Source of the DNA: Eledone cirrhosa
Taxonomy: Eukaryota
Length of the DNA stretch: 64,000 nt
Assembly (NCBI GenBank): GCA_964016885.1
Contig: OZ024740.1
Coordinates: 98,208,001-98,272,000 of the forward strand
Direction of reading: 5' to 3'
The notes beneath the pieces are model-generated. The model made no database searches. It was given only the letters and a program-made list of their open reading frames with translations, and was not told the DNA's origin. A program made the translations under genes and the position numbers. Below are positions 25,635 to 42,228 of this stretch, piece by piece (position 1 is the stretch's first letter; each line of letters starts with the position of its first letter).

Positions 25635-26257
25635 CTCGATCTTTCTAATATTTTTAGCTCTGGACATAGCTATCCACCAGTTAATTTTATTGCTCATTTT
25701 TTGTCGATTCTATTGAGTGATGAATAGCTTTTGTTTTATTTTAACATGTCTATTGAGCACTCTTATTCGATATGTGTATTTCCACATTTCCTCGAATAGT
25801 TTTCGCGGATGTAGAGGTTATCTCCCTTGTCTAATGCCATGTGCGTTTTTCACTGGTGGTTAGCCCCTTATCCGCTAGGAAAAAAGCTCGTTGAGAAAGT
25901 AAACTCCGTTCCTCTTGCTCTAGTAGACTTTTATATTTATATGTGAGCTGATAGAATATAGTCTAAGGATTTACAGAAACCCAAGAAGCTAGATTTAACA
26001 CCTTCCTAGTGGGTCCGGGTATGATTTTACATTCATTTAAATTATTGATGTATTGTTTTATTGATATTTTTTATCTGTTTGTCCCGAATCTTCTATTATC
26101 GATTTGTTATCGTATGGTTGATTGTAGACTTGTTCTATATGTGACGGTATTTTAACGATAGTTATAGCTCTGATTCATCTGAATTATTGAGCCCTCTGCC
26201 GCTCATTTCGAATTTTGTTTATCGTGAACTCGTGCGCCGATTTTTCGATACTCGATC

Positions 26258-26266
<9 letters not shown>
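25635..26266 (-). mobile_element. Highly degenerate LINE RT fragment flanked by a 16-bp direct repeat
   Basis: FLGFCKSLDYI (cf. FLDF.KAFD) and GIRQG motifs; CTCGATCTTTCTAATA at 25635 and 26251. Confidence 0.4.
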
Positions 26267-26289
<23 letters not shown>

Positions 26290-26348
26290 GTACGTTATTC
26301 CGGGTTGAATATATATATTCCCGGTTGAATATATATATATATATATAT

Positions 26349-28892
<2,544 letters not shown>

Positions 28893-29152
28893 CATATATG
28901 TATATATACACACATATGGAGGCACATAGTGAAGGCGCATGGCTGAGTGGTTAGAGACTTGGATTCGAAATCGTGAGGTTGTTAGTTAGATTCCCGGACC
29001 AGGCGATGCGTTGTGTCCTTGCCCACTTTATTTCCTGTTGCTCCTTCTAACTGGAGTTGCGACCGATAGAGAGTATTAGCTATTCGAAAGATCAATGGAA
29101 ACATCGTTTCCTCGGTCCGACTTGACCAAAAAAGTCGATCGACTGTCGATAT

Positions 29153-29486
29153 GGAGACACATGGGTTATTGGCTAGACCATTGGCCTTGCAATCGAAGGG
29201 TTGTGAGTTCAATTCTCAGACCGGTTGATGTGTTGTTTCCTTGAGCAAGACACTTTATTTTACATTGCTCTAGTTTACTCAGCTGTTGAAATGAGATGAT
29301 AGGGACTGGGCTCCATATCATTCCACTGCAAATTGGTCGTGTAGGTGCCACAGCAAAAAAGCACCCACCACTCACTGTAAATGAGGTTGGTGTTCGGAAG
29401 GGCATCGAGCTGGAAAAATCAAGCCAGAATTAGTTCCGTCCCACCCTTGAAGCAGGGAATAATCGGATGTAAAATTAAATGAAGAT

Positions 29487-29488
<2 letters not shown>
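29153..29488 (+). mobile_element. tRNA-head CORE-type SINE with RTE-like tail
   Basis: GAGTTCAATTC B-box, CCTTGAGCAAGACACTT core, GGTTGGTGTT.GGAAGGGCATC tail. Confidence 0.8.
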
Positions 29489-29534
<46 letters not shown>

Positions 29535-29547
29535 ATCTTCATTTAAT

Positions 29548-29607
<60 letters not shown>

Positions 29608-29711
29608 TATTGAAATTTCCGTTGAAAACAGAAAAGGTCATAGAAGGGAAGAGTGCTCTATGTAAGTACCAGAGCAAAATTTAATGTATAAAAATCAATA
29701 CAATATAGTTA

Positions 29712-29781
29712 CCTCGTTACCAGAGGTTTCCCCAATGAGGCGAATACGAAAGAAACGTCTTCATTCGTTCGTCAGACGAGG
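29712..29781 (-). ncRNA. Type I HHR
   Basis: cctcgt CTGACGA acgaatga...tcattggg GAAAC ctctg GTA acgagg; 6-bp stem I. Confidence 0.75.
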
Positions 29782-30454
29782 CAATGTAAAACATGGCCAA
29801 ATACTTGGAAAGTCTCATCAAGAAAAGCAAAAAAAATATAGACAAATGAATTACAATAAGAAATATATAAAAATCTTTCAAGAAATATAATTAGGTCTGT
29901 GTATATGTATGTATATACGCTCACAGATGTGCATATATGTGTATGTACAAATGTATACGTATAGTGAAAAAGTGTGCGTAAATATATATTTTAGGGCAAA
30001 TGTATCTGTGTGTCTGTAAACTACAGACAGACATGATGTGGTTTTCTGTTTGGCAGGTACACGGAAAAAATAGGGTAATAGATACATCATAAGGATATGA
30101 AGGCACGCGTATAAACACACCCACACACACGTACACTTATATGCGGAAGTAAAAGAGGTAAGGGAGTGTAATAATTAAAAGAAAGTATCGTTCTCGATAT
30201 ATTTATAAAAATGGAACAATAATTTAGAAAAAAAAAAAAAAAAAATTAAAGAAAAGAAGACAAACAAGGTACACGCATACACACACACGTATATCTACAA
30301 GAAACGTATATCTATAAGAAATATATATATATACACACAAAAAACGTGCAGACAAAAGCGTATGCAAGTACATCTACATACACAGGATACACGTAAATAC
30401 GAATATACGCCTCGCCCCATGTATATCTAATCACGCGCACGCACGCGACTGTAT

Positions 30455-30485
<31 letters not shown>

Positions 30486-30613
30486 AAAACACAAAAATAT
30501 ACATGCTTAAATACACACGCACACTTACACATCCATACATTCGATACGTACACACACACACACACACGAGTCCCTAGTGTCCGCGCATTGCCTGGAGACT
30601 TAGCTGAGAATGG

Positions 30614-30695
30614 ACTCCCTGATGACATAATGAATTCTCGATGGTTACATTGCGTAACTATCTTTATCCCATTACAGAAACTAATTAGTTGGAGT
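30614..30695 (+). ncRNA. Type I HHR
   Basis: actcc CTGATGA cataatg...cattaca GAAAC taatta GTT ggagt. Confidence 0.85.
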
Positions 30696-31154
30696 GAACA
30701 TTTTAGTAAGTAACTTAATTTTTAATTTTTTAAATTTTCTTATTTTACGTCTTTTATATAATTGTTCTGCATCCTCCTGCATTGAACCACCTAGGTACTA
30801 TGACATAACTCATGTATTTGCTAGCATTAGTGTACATCTGTACGCATATGTTGGTAAATATACTAATTCTCTATATTTATCTCCAAATTATTTATTTGTT
30901 GAGCAAACCTGCCAAATCCACTACTAACTCATTGTAGTGGTAGTAGGCTTTTGTCATTTTACCACCCCACTCCTTCCGACTAGCCTCAGTGTCACGTGAT
31001 TGATTCTTTAGAATCTGCCATTTGACCAGAGACAGGGAACTTTTTCAGTGCTTTGGAATTCAGTCCCCGCTAGCTGTTCCATCTACCGAATTATTATTAT
31101 TTTTATATGAGTCCCTAGTGGCCGCGCATTGCCTGGAGACTTAGCTGAGAATAG

Positions 31155-31236
31155 ACTCCCTGATGACGTAATGAATTATCGATGGTTACATTGCGTAACT
31201 ATCTTTATCCCATTACAGAAACTAATTAGTTGGAGT
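31155..31236 (+). ncRNA. Type I HHR
   Basis: actcc CTGATGA cgtaatg...cattaca GAAAC taatta GTT ggagt; inner hairpin gatggttac/gtaactatc. Confidence 0.85.
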
Positions 31237-31288
31237 GAAAATTTTAGTAAGTTAATTTTTAATTTTTAAAATTTTCTTATTTTACGTC

Positions 31289-32594
<1,306 letters not shown>

Positions 32595-32610
32595 AATATA
32601 TATATGGGAT

Positions 32611-33308
32611 AACAAGTTATCTTTATAGGTAATCCAGTTAGAGGTTGTTAGTGCTCTGCGTCGTGGATAGTTTTAACGTACGGCTTTTTATGACCCAACA
32701 AGTTGCTTCCATAGTTATGCAGCGAGTTCGCGGTAATTCATATGCAGGTTATATAATAATAGTTAAAGAATGAAGATTAACATGGTTGGCTTTATTTAAA
32801 GTACTGACAATTCTTTCGTTGATCATATGGGTCTAGAGTTCGCTAATTGCTTGATGTTGCGTTATTGGATCTCCAATACATTATTCACCTGTCGTCAACA
32901 CATCAGAGTACGTAGATATGAAAGTAATTCACAAGAGGCAAGACTAGCGTATAAATAAAACAATAATATAGAAAACTAGCTAACAAATAATATCAATAAT
33001 AAAATAGCGTATAATCTAAACAATAACATCAATAATAATACATGTATGCTAAATAGGTAGAGAAGTTACAGATGTAAAAAGTAATAGTGAAATATTAGAT
33101 AGCGTACATTAAAAAGTAAGAAAAAGAGAGAATGGAAAATATAAAGAGATAAACAAATAAATAGGTGAGAGCATTAAGTACATGTATTGGAGAACGAATA
33201 ATGCATCCTCAAACGATTAGCGAACTCTAGACCCACAAGATCAACGAAACAATTGTCAGTACTTTAAATAAAGCCCTTATTGTATAGACAACCATGTTAA
33301 TCTTCGTC

Positions 33309-33312
<4 letters not shown>
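32611..33312. mobile_element. PLE family B relative: pLTR (-) plus short inverted arm
   Basis: Homologous to 16412-16940, with inverted arm ~33215-33312; same two end points as the 16412 copy. Confidence 0.8.
32801..32911 (-). ncRNA. Type I HHR, mutated core (family B relative)
   Basis: gtact CTGATGT gttga...tcaac GAAAG aatt GTC agtac; the inverted arm retains GAAAC aatt GTC. Confidence 0.55.
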
Positions 33313-33345
<33 letters not shown>

Positions 33346-33349
<4 letters not shown>

Positions 33350-33624
33350 GTATAGGATTATCCAAGATGTCGTAATGGTTAATTACTACATTGGATATGG
33401 TTGACGTACGGTAAGAGGTTACTCTACGAGTTATGGAAGAATTGTTGAAGAAACTTAGTTCCTGATCCTTCAGTATTCCGGAGTGTATATAAAGAATGAA
33501 TAATAACAGGTAGACATCATAAAAAGGTAATTTATTCCGTGTGCTTACAAGTGTTTCCACGGTGGTACTTGTAAGCACACGGAATAAATTACCTTTTTAT
33601 GATGTCTACCTGTTATTATTCATT

Positions 33625-33628
<4 letters not shown>
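33346..33628. mobile_element. Mini fold-back of PLE family A
   Basis: 33346-33568 matches 2509-2731; 33568-33628 matches ~4049-4110. Confidence 0.9.
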
Positions 33629-33662
<34 letters not shown>

Positions 33663-33667
<5 letters not shown>

Positions 33668-34197
33668 TATTGAAGTTTGCTTGAAGCCTTGTGGAACAAT
33701 AAGTAAATATCTTTAAGTCGTTTGGAAGCCTCGACAATGCAAATGGGTAAATCTCCGGGTAACAAGGTCCGGTCGTGGAGAGAGAGATGTAAGTGGGTGT
33801 ACGTTGAGATGCGTGGTGTATATAAGAGTCCGGAACGCGTCCTTCGCTGTTTGTTGTTTGTCAGATATTCAAAACAACAAACAGCGAAGGACGCGTTCCG
33901 GACTTGTCCGACAGAAAACCTTTTTCCCCCACCCCGGAAAAAACCCCCAGTTGATGGATGTGAATCCGAAATATATAGGGACTATTAAATCTCTCCCAAG
34001 GTAACTCTCTCTTGTGTTGTTATTTTAATTTTATCCTTTATACTCTTCCCTTCATTCTACACATCTCACACATCTTATACACACCACGCATCTCAACGTA
34101 CACCCACTTACATCCCTCTCTCCACCACCGGATCTTGGTACCCGGAGATTTACCCATTTGCATTGTCGAGGCTTCCAAACGACTTAAAGATATTTAC
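33663..34197. mobile_element. Fold-back element with nested perfect hairpin (family F)
   Basis: 33703-33826 mirrors 34074-34197; inner 33-bp arms 33827-33859/33872-33904; tail 33663-33702. Confidence 0.8.
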
Positions 34198-34233
34198 ATA
34201 TATATATATACATATATATATACATATATATAC

Positions 34234-34317
<84 letters not shown>

Positions 34318-34332
34318 TACACACACACACAC

Positions 34333-34380
<48 letters not shown>

Positions 34381-34449
34381 TATGAAGAGAGAAGAAACAT
34401 TTAGATATAATTAGTAATAAAATGTATCATACCTAAACTGTTCCTAAAT

Positions 34450-34537
34450 TCCTCGACTACGTAGTTTCGTGGCATAAACAAAAACAATATATCAAAGATA
34501 TAGAGTCCTTGCGAGGTCTGCCGACTTATCAAGAGGA
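34450..34537 (-). ncRNA. Type I HHR, U3-A8 core variant
   Basis: tcctc TTGATAA gtcggca...tgccac GAAAC tacgta GTC gagga. Confidence 0.7.
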
Positions 34538-36436
34538 TACCTCATTTTACTAGTCTCAAGAACGCGTCTACACGACGTGAGAAAGAATCCCAAAAGGCGG
34601 AGGGGGAGATAGTCACGCGATATAACGGTCGAGAAACAGAGCTAAGCCTCTTATAACCACGAAGAAAATACCACGGAGGCGGAGGGGGTATTCATATCGA
34701 GGCCGCAGAAGAGGTAGTGAAGAAAGCGAGAAGTATGAGTAATGGAAGCTTTCCAGTTGTCCCCACACCTCAAAGATTGCTCGACCGGAGGGAGTTATTA
34801 ATATATTTAGAAACACACATATATATATATATATATATATAAGTGGAAGCTTAGTAAAATCGAAGCTTTGGCTGTGGGCAAGCAAAGTCGACCTACAATA
34901 TGAATGAGTTAGCAAAGCACTCAATAAGGGTAGGTCCTTAGAGTAACAACATACGTTTAAATAGCTTGGAAAATTGAACATTGTGGTAGGCAAACCTAAC
35001 CAAAGTAACGAAAAAACTAACAGGGTAAAAGGTATTATTTTTTATTGTCTCCTACTCTCATTCGGATTACCTTTTCTATAACTTCCCTCCTCCATTTCAT
35101 ACAGTATCCTTAGAATCTGCTGTATACATATCACTTTCAACGCTTGATCGGCTTCACTCACTCCCCTATTGTTCTACAGGCAATTTCAGCCACCCCTACC
35201 TTCCATCAAATGACATGATAGACTTACTTGTGTTTACAACAAATTTTAACCAATCCTCTTGACAACTACAATCTTCCCATATAAGGAAGTACCCCTTGAC
35301 AAGTTCGGCTTTTTATTCACCAGGCTAAAAATTCTAATTTAGTCCAGAAATAGCCGTCGAAACGGCTTGAGCTCTGCCGTCGGGCTCACACTTCTATATA
35401 TATATATATATTATTATAAAATATGACTCTCTCTCTACACAATCTGAATAGATAAGAATAACAAATAACATTTATATATAATTAATTAATAATCATTAAT
35501 AATATTTTATAATTTATAAATATTAATTTATAACACTATTTAAGGAAAAAAGACTTTCAATAGATGAGAAAATCCATTTACAATAATAAAACAACCCTTT
35601 ATTTATCAATGACCTTAAATACATCCTTAATTACCTCCCATCGAGAATATTGCTTCCTGTATTTTTTAAATTCATAACGTTAAAACAATTTAACGACTTC
35701 CCAACCGCCTAATAATTATTAATGGAACTCGCACATAAAGCAAACTCTAATATTCATTAATAGAACATTTAAAGATAGGAATGAATAGTGTAATATATTT
35801 ACTATGACAACATGGCCAGTAACTCAGTGGAATTTATCTTTACCAAACCACATATCTTTAAACTATACACATCTCAAAAACATTACATCTAAAACTAAGA
35901 AAGTTCCATGGTTAATACATCTGTGTTACACCCAACATATACATCTATATACGAACTCCAATATAAAAATTCTTGAATGAAAATTACCTATCTAATTTAA
36001 TTACGTGCTTTGCATTACATTTTACATAACATACACCCATTTTATCACCACATTTCTCTCTACCATATAGCACGCCATTTTAAAAAATGTAAACATTTCT
36101 GAACTTGTAACATGCTTTTACATTCTACATGAAATATGATTGTTTCAGTTATAATATAACTCTTACCTTATACATTGCCTTTATTAATTTGATTAACATT
36201 TGCATTATATACCGTTAACATTACCTGATTTCCAATACTATGATATCTTTATTTGCTTGTACCTTTTGCACATATATTAGCTTAAAAAATATTTTTTATA
36301 CATAATATACTTAATTTTTCACTTTTCAACATTGCTCCTTATAATTGTGGTTTCTGAAGCATAACATTTTTTTTAAACTCCCGATATTTTATAGGATGTC
36401 TATGACAGTGACAACAGTTATGTATCTACCTAAATG

Positions 36437-36526
36437 TGCTGAAGACTAGGATTTTAATCACCTGTTAAAACATCCTCTATGCTCCGATGGTGCCAGACAT
36501 CCCGCTGGAAGAAACAATGGTCAGCA
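36437..36526 (+). ncRNA. Degenerate HHR-like motif
   Basis: CTGAAGA...GAAAC aatg GTC agca AATAAA; stems I and II poorly paired. Confidence 0.35.
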
Positions 36527-37146
36527 AATAAAGGTATTAAACTAAGATTTGATTGCTTTAATATTTTGTATCTCGGCTCTGTAATACGCTTGATAATTTA
36601 CATTCAACCTTTTCTCCTACCAGTAACTGGCTAGTACTTAGTACTACCCTCCATATTTTTAATTTTATACTAAACATATATAGGTATAAATATTATTATT
36701 ATTACTATGTATATATATATATGTATATATATATATATGTATATATAAATATGCATATAACCAAATATACACACACATCCACATACATACACATAAAGCC
36801 CGACAATAAAGAGCATTGGTTCATAACCTACGTAAATACGTATACAAATGCGTTCGCGCACATGCACGTAATAAGAAATCAACACACGCATACAAAAAAC
36901 CATACGTAAATCCATACACACAGAAAACCCATATATACAAAAGTATATATACAACTGCATACACATGCATATAACCATATATAAATATAATATGAACATA
37001 AATAAACACACACACACATATATATATATACATATATATATACATATATATATATATACACATACATACATACATACATAATACATACATAAATACATAC
37101 ATACATACATACATACATACATACATACATACATACATACATACAT

Positions 37147-37188
<42 letters not shown>

Positions 37189-37699
37189 GCACACATACAC
37201 ACATACACACACACATACAAATAAATAAACAAAATACTATAAATGTATGTACACATAAGCCTGTCTGCATGTGTGCCCGCACACAACCCTATGTGAGTAC
37301 ATTAAAAAACCTAGTGGGTAGGTAAGGACAAAAGGGGAGTAAAATTGAAATAAAATAATAAACACAATTATTAAGAAGAGGTAAGGGAAAAAAGTGTTGT
37401 AAAAGGTTTGTGATGAGATATAGATATATATATCTGGTTAAAAAGTGAACTGAGTAAAGGATAGATGTGGTGGGTGTGTATGTGTAAAAGGTAAGGTAGA
37501 AAGATTATAAGTCAACTGAAAAATAAAATGTTGATAAAAATAAAAGGAAAAAGATAAAAAAGAGATATATAGAAGGAAATAATGGAGAAAAAGTACATAT
37601 GGGTAGGAAGTATGAGTTCATAAGGTAATAATATTCGTGGTGAGTGGAAGGCGTGATGAGTAAAGAAGAACCTCAAGATGGTTGAGTAATCGTAGGAAT

Positions 37700-37978
37700 A
37701 TCAATCCAGTTAATAAGTAGATGCGATTTCAGATGCGGACAAGATCTGAAGGTCTTGGGCTTAGAGTTGAGGCAAGTGGCTTTCAAGTTTTGGAAAATTC
37801 AAAAACTTTTCCGTGGTGCACAAAGAAAATATTTTTGTGACCATTTTGTATTCTCATGAATGGTCTAAAATAGGCCAATCAATAGTGTACGGAATGTTTT
37901 TGTCTTTGAACTCCCACACTTTATTTGCAAGCGCCGTTGCTGTTGTTTTTTCAGGGTGTTTGAAAGAAGCGACATGTG
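37700..37978 (-). pseudogene. PLE GIY-YIG C-terminal remnant
   Basis: HVASFKHPEK.TATALANKVWEFKDK..IDWPIL..LCTTEK..LNSK..CPH; internal stop. Confidence 0.7.
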
Positions 37979-38057
37979 CATATATATGTGCATATATATC
38001 TATATATCTATATATATATATATATATATTTATTTATTTATTAAAACAACAGATTAA

Positions 38058-38108
38058 AGTTTAAGCAAAGAATTGCTGCTTTCACCCTTAACGGGATCTT
38101 CTGAAACT
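38058..38108 (-). ncRNA. HHR-like motif with U4A core change (second copy 40004-40054)
   Basis: agttt CAGAAGA t ccc-gttaa-ggg t GAAA gca..tgc TT aaact; the homolog at 25130 has canonical CTGAAGA. Confidence 0.55.
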
Positions 38109-38759
38109 AACAAAGTCAATCTGTGAACGCAGAAGTGAATATTTAAAAAAATGTTGCAACCGAAGGAAGACAGGAAGACGATACTTTGGTTTGTGGAAAC
38201 GTTACCTGGCAAAGAACGGTAAAAAACGAATATAATACGTCATTATTTGGAGCGGTGAAAAACAATTACACGCAAAGACAAAACCACGTTTATGGTATAA
38301 AAAAATTCGTAGACTAATATTCTATTAGCTGGTTCATAGAGACGTTCTCTGGCAATGAACGGAAAAAAACGAAGAAAATACGTCATATGTGGAGTGGGGA
38401 GAACAATTGCACGCAAATACAAAACCACGTAAAAGGTATAACAGAAGTCGTAGACTAATATTCTAACTAGGAAACTGAATGATTCTCGGCTTCAGAGTTA
38501 AGAATAAAGTAAATAAAATACAGAGGTAATTGAAATTAAATAAATACATACACGCATCCATAAACGTACATACACTAGCATACGCGAAAACACTCGCCAT
38601 AGGTATACAAATACACGCACATACACAAAAAAACAAAGAAACAAAAAAAAACCGCACGTACATACAGAACCCACGCAACGGCTGTACCCGCACGCACATA
38701 CAAAACCCACGCAAAGGCTTACCCGCACCAATACGAATGTAACACCAAATGCACATAAA

Positions 38760-38790
<31 letters not shown>

Positions 38791-39078
38791 CGTGCATACA
38801 TATAATTAAATAAATGTATATAAATAAATAAATACGTATATAACAAGCGCACACACATACCTACATGTAAATACACATATGTTCGGAGACTACGTCAACC
38901 AAAACACAAAGTACACATATACACGACCCCTCATACTCACACAGACGCAAAACTCACGTATACACATAACCAAAAGCATATGTACCAGAATATATAATAT
39001 ATACGCCATAACATATACAATCAAATATACGTACGAGAAAGTATACGTACCTTCACAAAACATACAGGTAATATATAC

Positions 39079-39732
39079 TTACCATACAAATAAGTAATGG
39101 TATAAACATAACATATACTTAGCTACCACATCAAGACGTAACATTTCCGCGTATAGTTCGTACTGTCCGTTAGGGTATAATGTGGGGCTGTAATACAGGA
39201 AAGTTTTGTGCAATTTATGTTTACAAGCCGAAATTGCCTCAGATGTTTTGTTTAAGATGTGGTCTTTGGCGTAGCGTATTTCCAGAGCCTCAGCGGCGCA
39301 GAGGTCACATGGTCTTTTATTTCCGTTATACGATCTAGCCCTAGCTAGGCTCTCCCAGTGTAACCTACATTGGGTGTGGTTGCCTTTTAGACTCCAGATA
39401 TAAGCTGAAAGTGACGTCATATTCCTTCTTAAAGGGTAATGAAAAGCATGGGTATGCATGTAAAGACGCTGCTTGAATCTATTGGCGGTTAACCCTATGT
39501 AGGCCCTACGGCACGTGGGTGTTTCAACCTTACATTTGTAGACAATGTTACTAGAGAGACATTTCCCGGAAAGGGGGCAGTCAACCCGATTCCTACAATT
39601 ACAGTTAGTACTAACTACAGGATTGCAAGTGATCCTACGGCTAGGTAGTCTAGCTAAATTTGCAGCTGTGATGTTATGTGCAAGTTTCGGAGTCGTAGAG
39701 TAAGAAATTTTAATAGTATTTCTATTAAAAAT
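39079..39732 (-). pseudogene. Open linker plus GIY-YIG endonuclease frame of the RT-deleted PLE
   Basis: Stop-free by hand translation from 39732 into ORF 39079..39459; no upstream in-frame start. Confidence 0.75.
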
Positions 39733-39944
39733 TTGTCGGAATGGACATGCACGGCATTAGAATCCTTAATAGAACGAATTCTATTCTTCAGGTCCTGCTG
39801 GAAGGAATTGCTCCTATTCCGTAATTTGATACTCCGTATGAGTTCCAAGACATCATTTTCGAAGGGTAGCAATGCTGGGTTACTCGGAGGGTTATTATAG
39901 GTTTTAAACCCAAATTTATCCTATTTGTTGTCTGCTTTTCCCTG

Positions 39945-39978
<34 letters not shown>

Positions 39979-39983
<5 letters not shown>

Positions 39984-40707
39984 TTATTAAAATAACAGAT
40001 TAAAGTTTAAGCAAAGAATTGCTGCTTTCACCCTTAACGGGATATTCTGAAACTAATAAAGTCAATCTGTGAACGCAGAAGTGAATATTTAAAAAAATGT
40101 TGCAACCGAAGAAAGACAGGAAGACGATACTTTGGTTCGTGGAAACGTTACCTGGCAAAGAACGGTAAAATACGAATATAATACGTCATTATTTGGAGCG
40201 GTGAAAAACATTTACACGCAAAGACAAAACCACGTTTATGGTATAAAAGAATTCGTTTGACTAATATTCTATTAGGTGGTTCATAGAGACGTTCTCTGGC
40301 AATGAACGAAAAAAAACGAAGAAAATACGTCATATGTGGAGTGGGGAGAACAATTGCACGCAAAGACAAAAGCACGTAAAAGGTATAACAGAAGTCGTAG
40401 ACTAAAATTCTAACTAGGAAACTGAATGATTCTCGGCTTCAGAGTTAAGAATAAAGTAAATAAAATACAGAGGTAATTGAAATTAAATAAATACACACAC
40501 GCATCCATAAACGTACATACACAAGCATACGCGAAAACACTCGCCATAGGTATACAAATACACGCACATACACAAAAAAACAAAGAAACAAAAAAAACCC
40601 GCACGCACATACAGAACCCACGCAACGGCTGTACCCACACGCACATACAGAACCCACGCAACGGCATACCCGCACCAATACGAATGTAACACCAAATGCA
40701 CATAAAA

Positions 40708-40745
<38 letters not shown>

Positions 40746-41870
40746 GTGCATACATATAATTAAATAAATACGTATATAACAAGCGCACACACATACCTAC
40801 ATGTAAATACACATATGTTCGGAGACTACGTCAACCAAAACACAAAGTACACATATATACGAACCCTATAACTCACGCAGACGCAAAACTCATGTATACA
40901 CATAACCAAAAGCATATGTACCAGAATATATAATATATACGCCATAACATATACAATCAAATATACGTACGAGAAAGTATACGTACCTTCACAAAACATA
41001 CAGGTAATACATACTTACCATACAAATAAGTAATGGTATAAACATAACATATACTTAGCTACCACATCAAGACGTAAAATATCCGCGTATAGTTCGTACT
41101 ATCCGTTAGGGTATAATGTGGGGCTGTAATACAGGAAAGTTTTGTGCAATTTATGTTTACAAGCCGAAATTGCCTCAGATGTTTTGTTTAAGATGTGGTC
41201 TTTGGCGTAGCGTATTTCCAGAGCCTCAGCGGCGCAGAGGTCACATGGTCTTTTATTTCCGTTATACGATCTAGCCCTAGCTAGGCTCTCCCAGTGTAAC
41301 TTATATTGGGTGTGGTTGCCTTTTAGACTCCAGATATAAGCTGAAAGTGACGTCATATTCCTTCTTAAAGGGTAACGAAAAGAATGAGTATGTATGTAAA
41401 TACGCTGCTTGAATCTATTTGCGGTTAACCCTATGTAGGCCCTACGGGATGTGGGTGTTTCAACCTTACATTTGTAGACAATGTTACTAGAGAGGCATTT
41501 CCCGGATAGGGGGCAGTCAACCCGATTCCTACAATTACAGTTAGTACTAACTACAGGATTGCAAGTGTTCCTACGGCTAGGTAGTTTAGCTAAATTTGAA
41601 GCTGTGATGTTATGTGCAAGTTTCAGAGTCGTAGAGTAAGAAATTTTAATAGTATTTCTATTAAAAATTTGTCGGAATGGACTTGCACGGCATTAGAATC
41701 CTTAATAGAACGAATTCTATTCTTCAGGTCCTGCTGGAAGGAATTGCTCCTATTCCGAAATTTGATACTCCGTATGAGTTCCAAGACATCCTTTTCAATG
41801 CTGGGTTACTCGGAGGGTTATTATAGGTTTTAAACCCAAATTCATCCTGTTTGTTGTCTGCTTTTCCCTG

Positions 41871-41873
<3 letters not shown>
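39979..41873 (-). mobile_element. RT-deleted PLE, tandem unit 2
   Basis: Collinear with unit 1, same deletion junction and same ends. Confidence 0.85.
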
Positions 41874-41903
<30 letters not shown>

Positions 41904-41923
41904 GTATATATATATATATAATC

Positions 41924-42228
41924 CTGTGTCAGTGTTGAACAAAAAGGTGACGTGGTTGCCTTAACACCGTATGGCATAAATTCAGGCTGTTCAGTTTGTT
42001 TACACATGAACAAAGCGACGTTATAATAAGCGCCGCTAAACTGATACGTGCATATATGTATGTGTACCTGTATGCATATGTATATATATATGTATATATA
42101 TATATATATGTGCATGCTACTGTACGTCTGTATGCATATATGTATGTACGTATACATGCATACTTACATTTAAGTAAGTGCCATACTAAGAGTGAGAAAT
42201 GAAATTTCTTTTTCATTTTGTTTCAATT
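41924..42228 (+). mobile_element. Diverged partial copy of family C unit (starts just 3' of the HHR)
   Basis: TGTCAGTGTTGAACAAAA..TACTAAGAGTGAGAAATGAAATTT matches family C; (TA)n flanks. Confidence 0.7.

Larger units (their letters stand above)
30568..31291 (+). mobile_element. Two ~185-bp direct repeats (30568-30754, 31109-31291), each with an HHR; pLTR/retrozyme-like
   Basis: Near-identical repeats 541 bp apart. Confidence 0.8.
38029..39947 (-). mobile_element. RT-deleted PLE, tandem unit 1
   Basis: FGFKT..PP..LLPFENDVL..FQQDLK..VHSDK joined at ~39733 to IFNRNTIKISYS..CNCRNRVDCPLSGKC..IVY..YIGLT..CDLC..LNKTSE..CKH. Confidence 0.85.
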
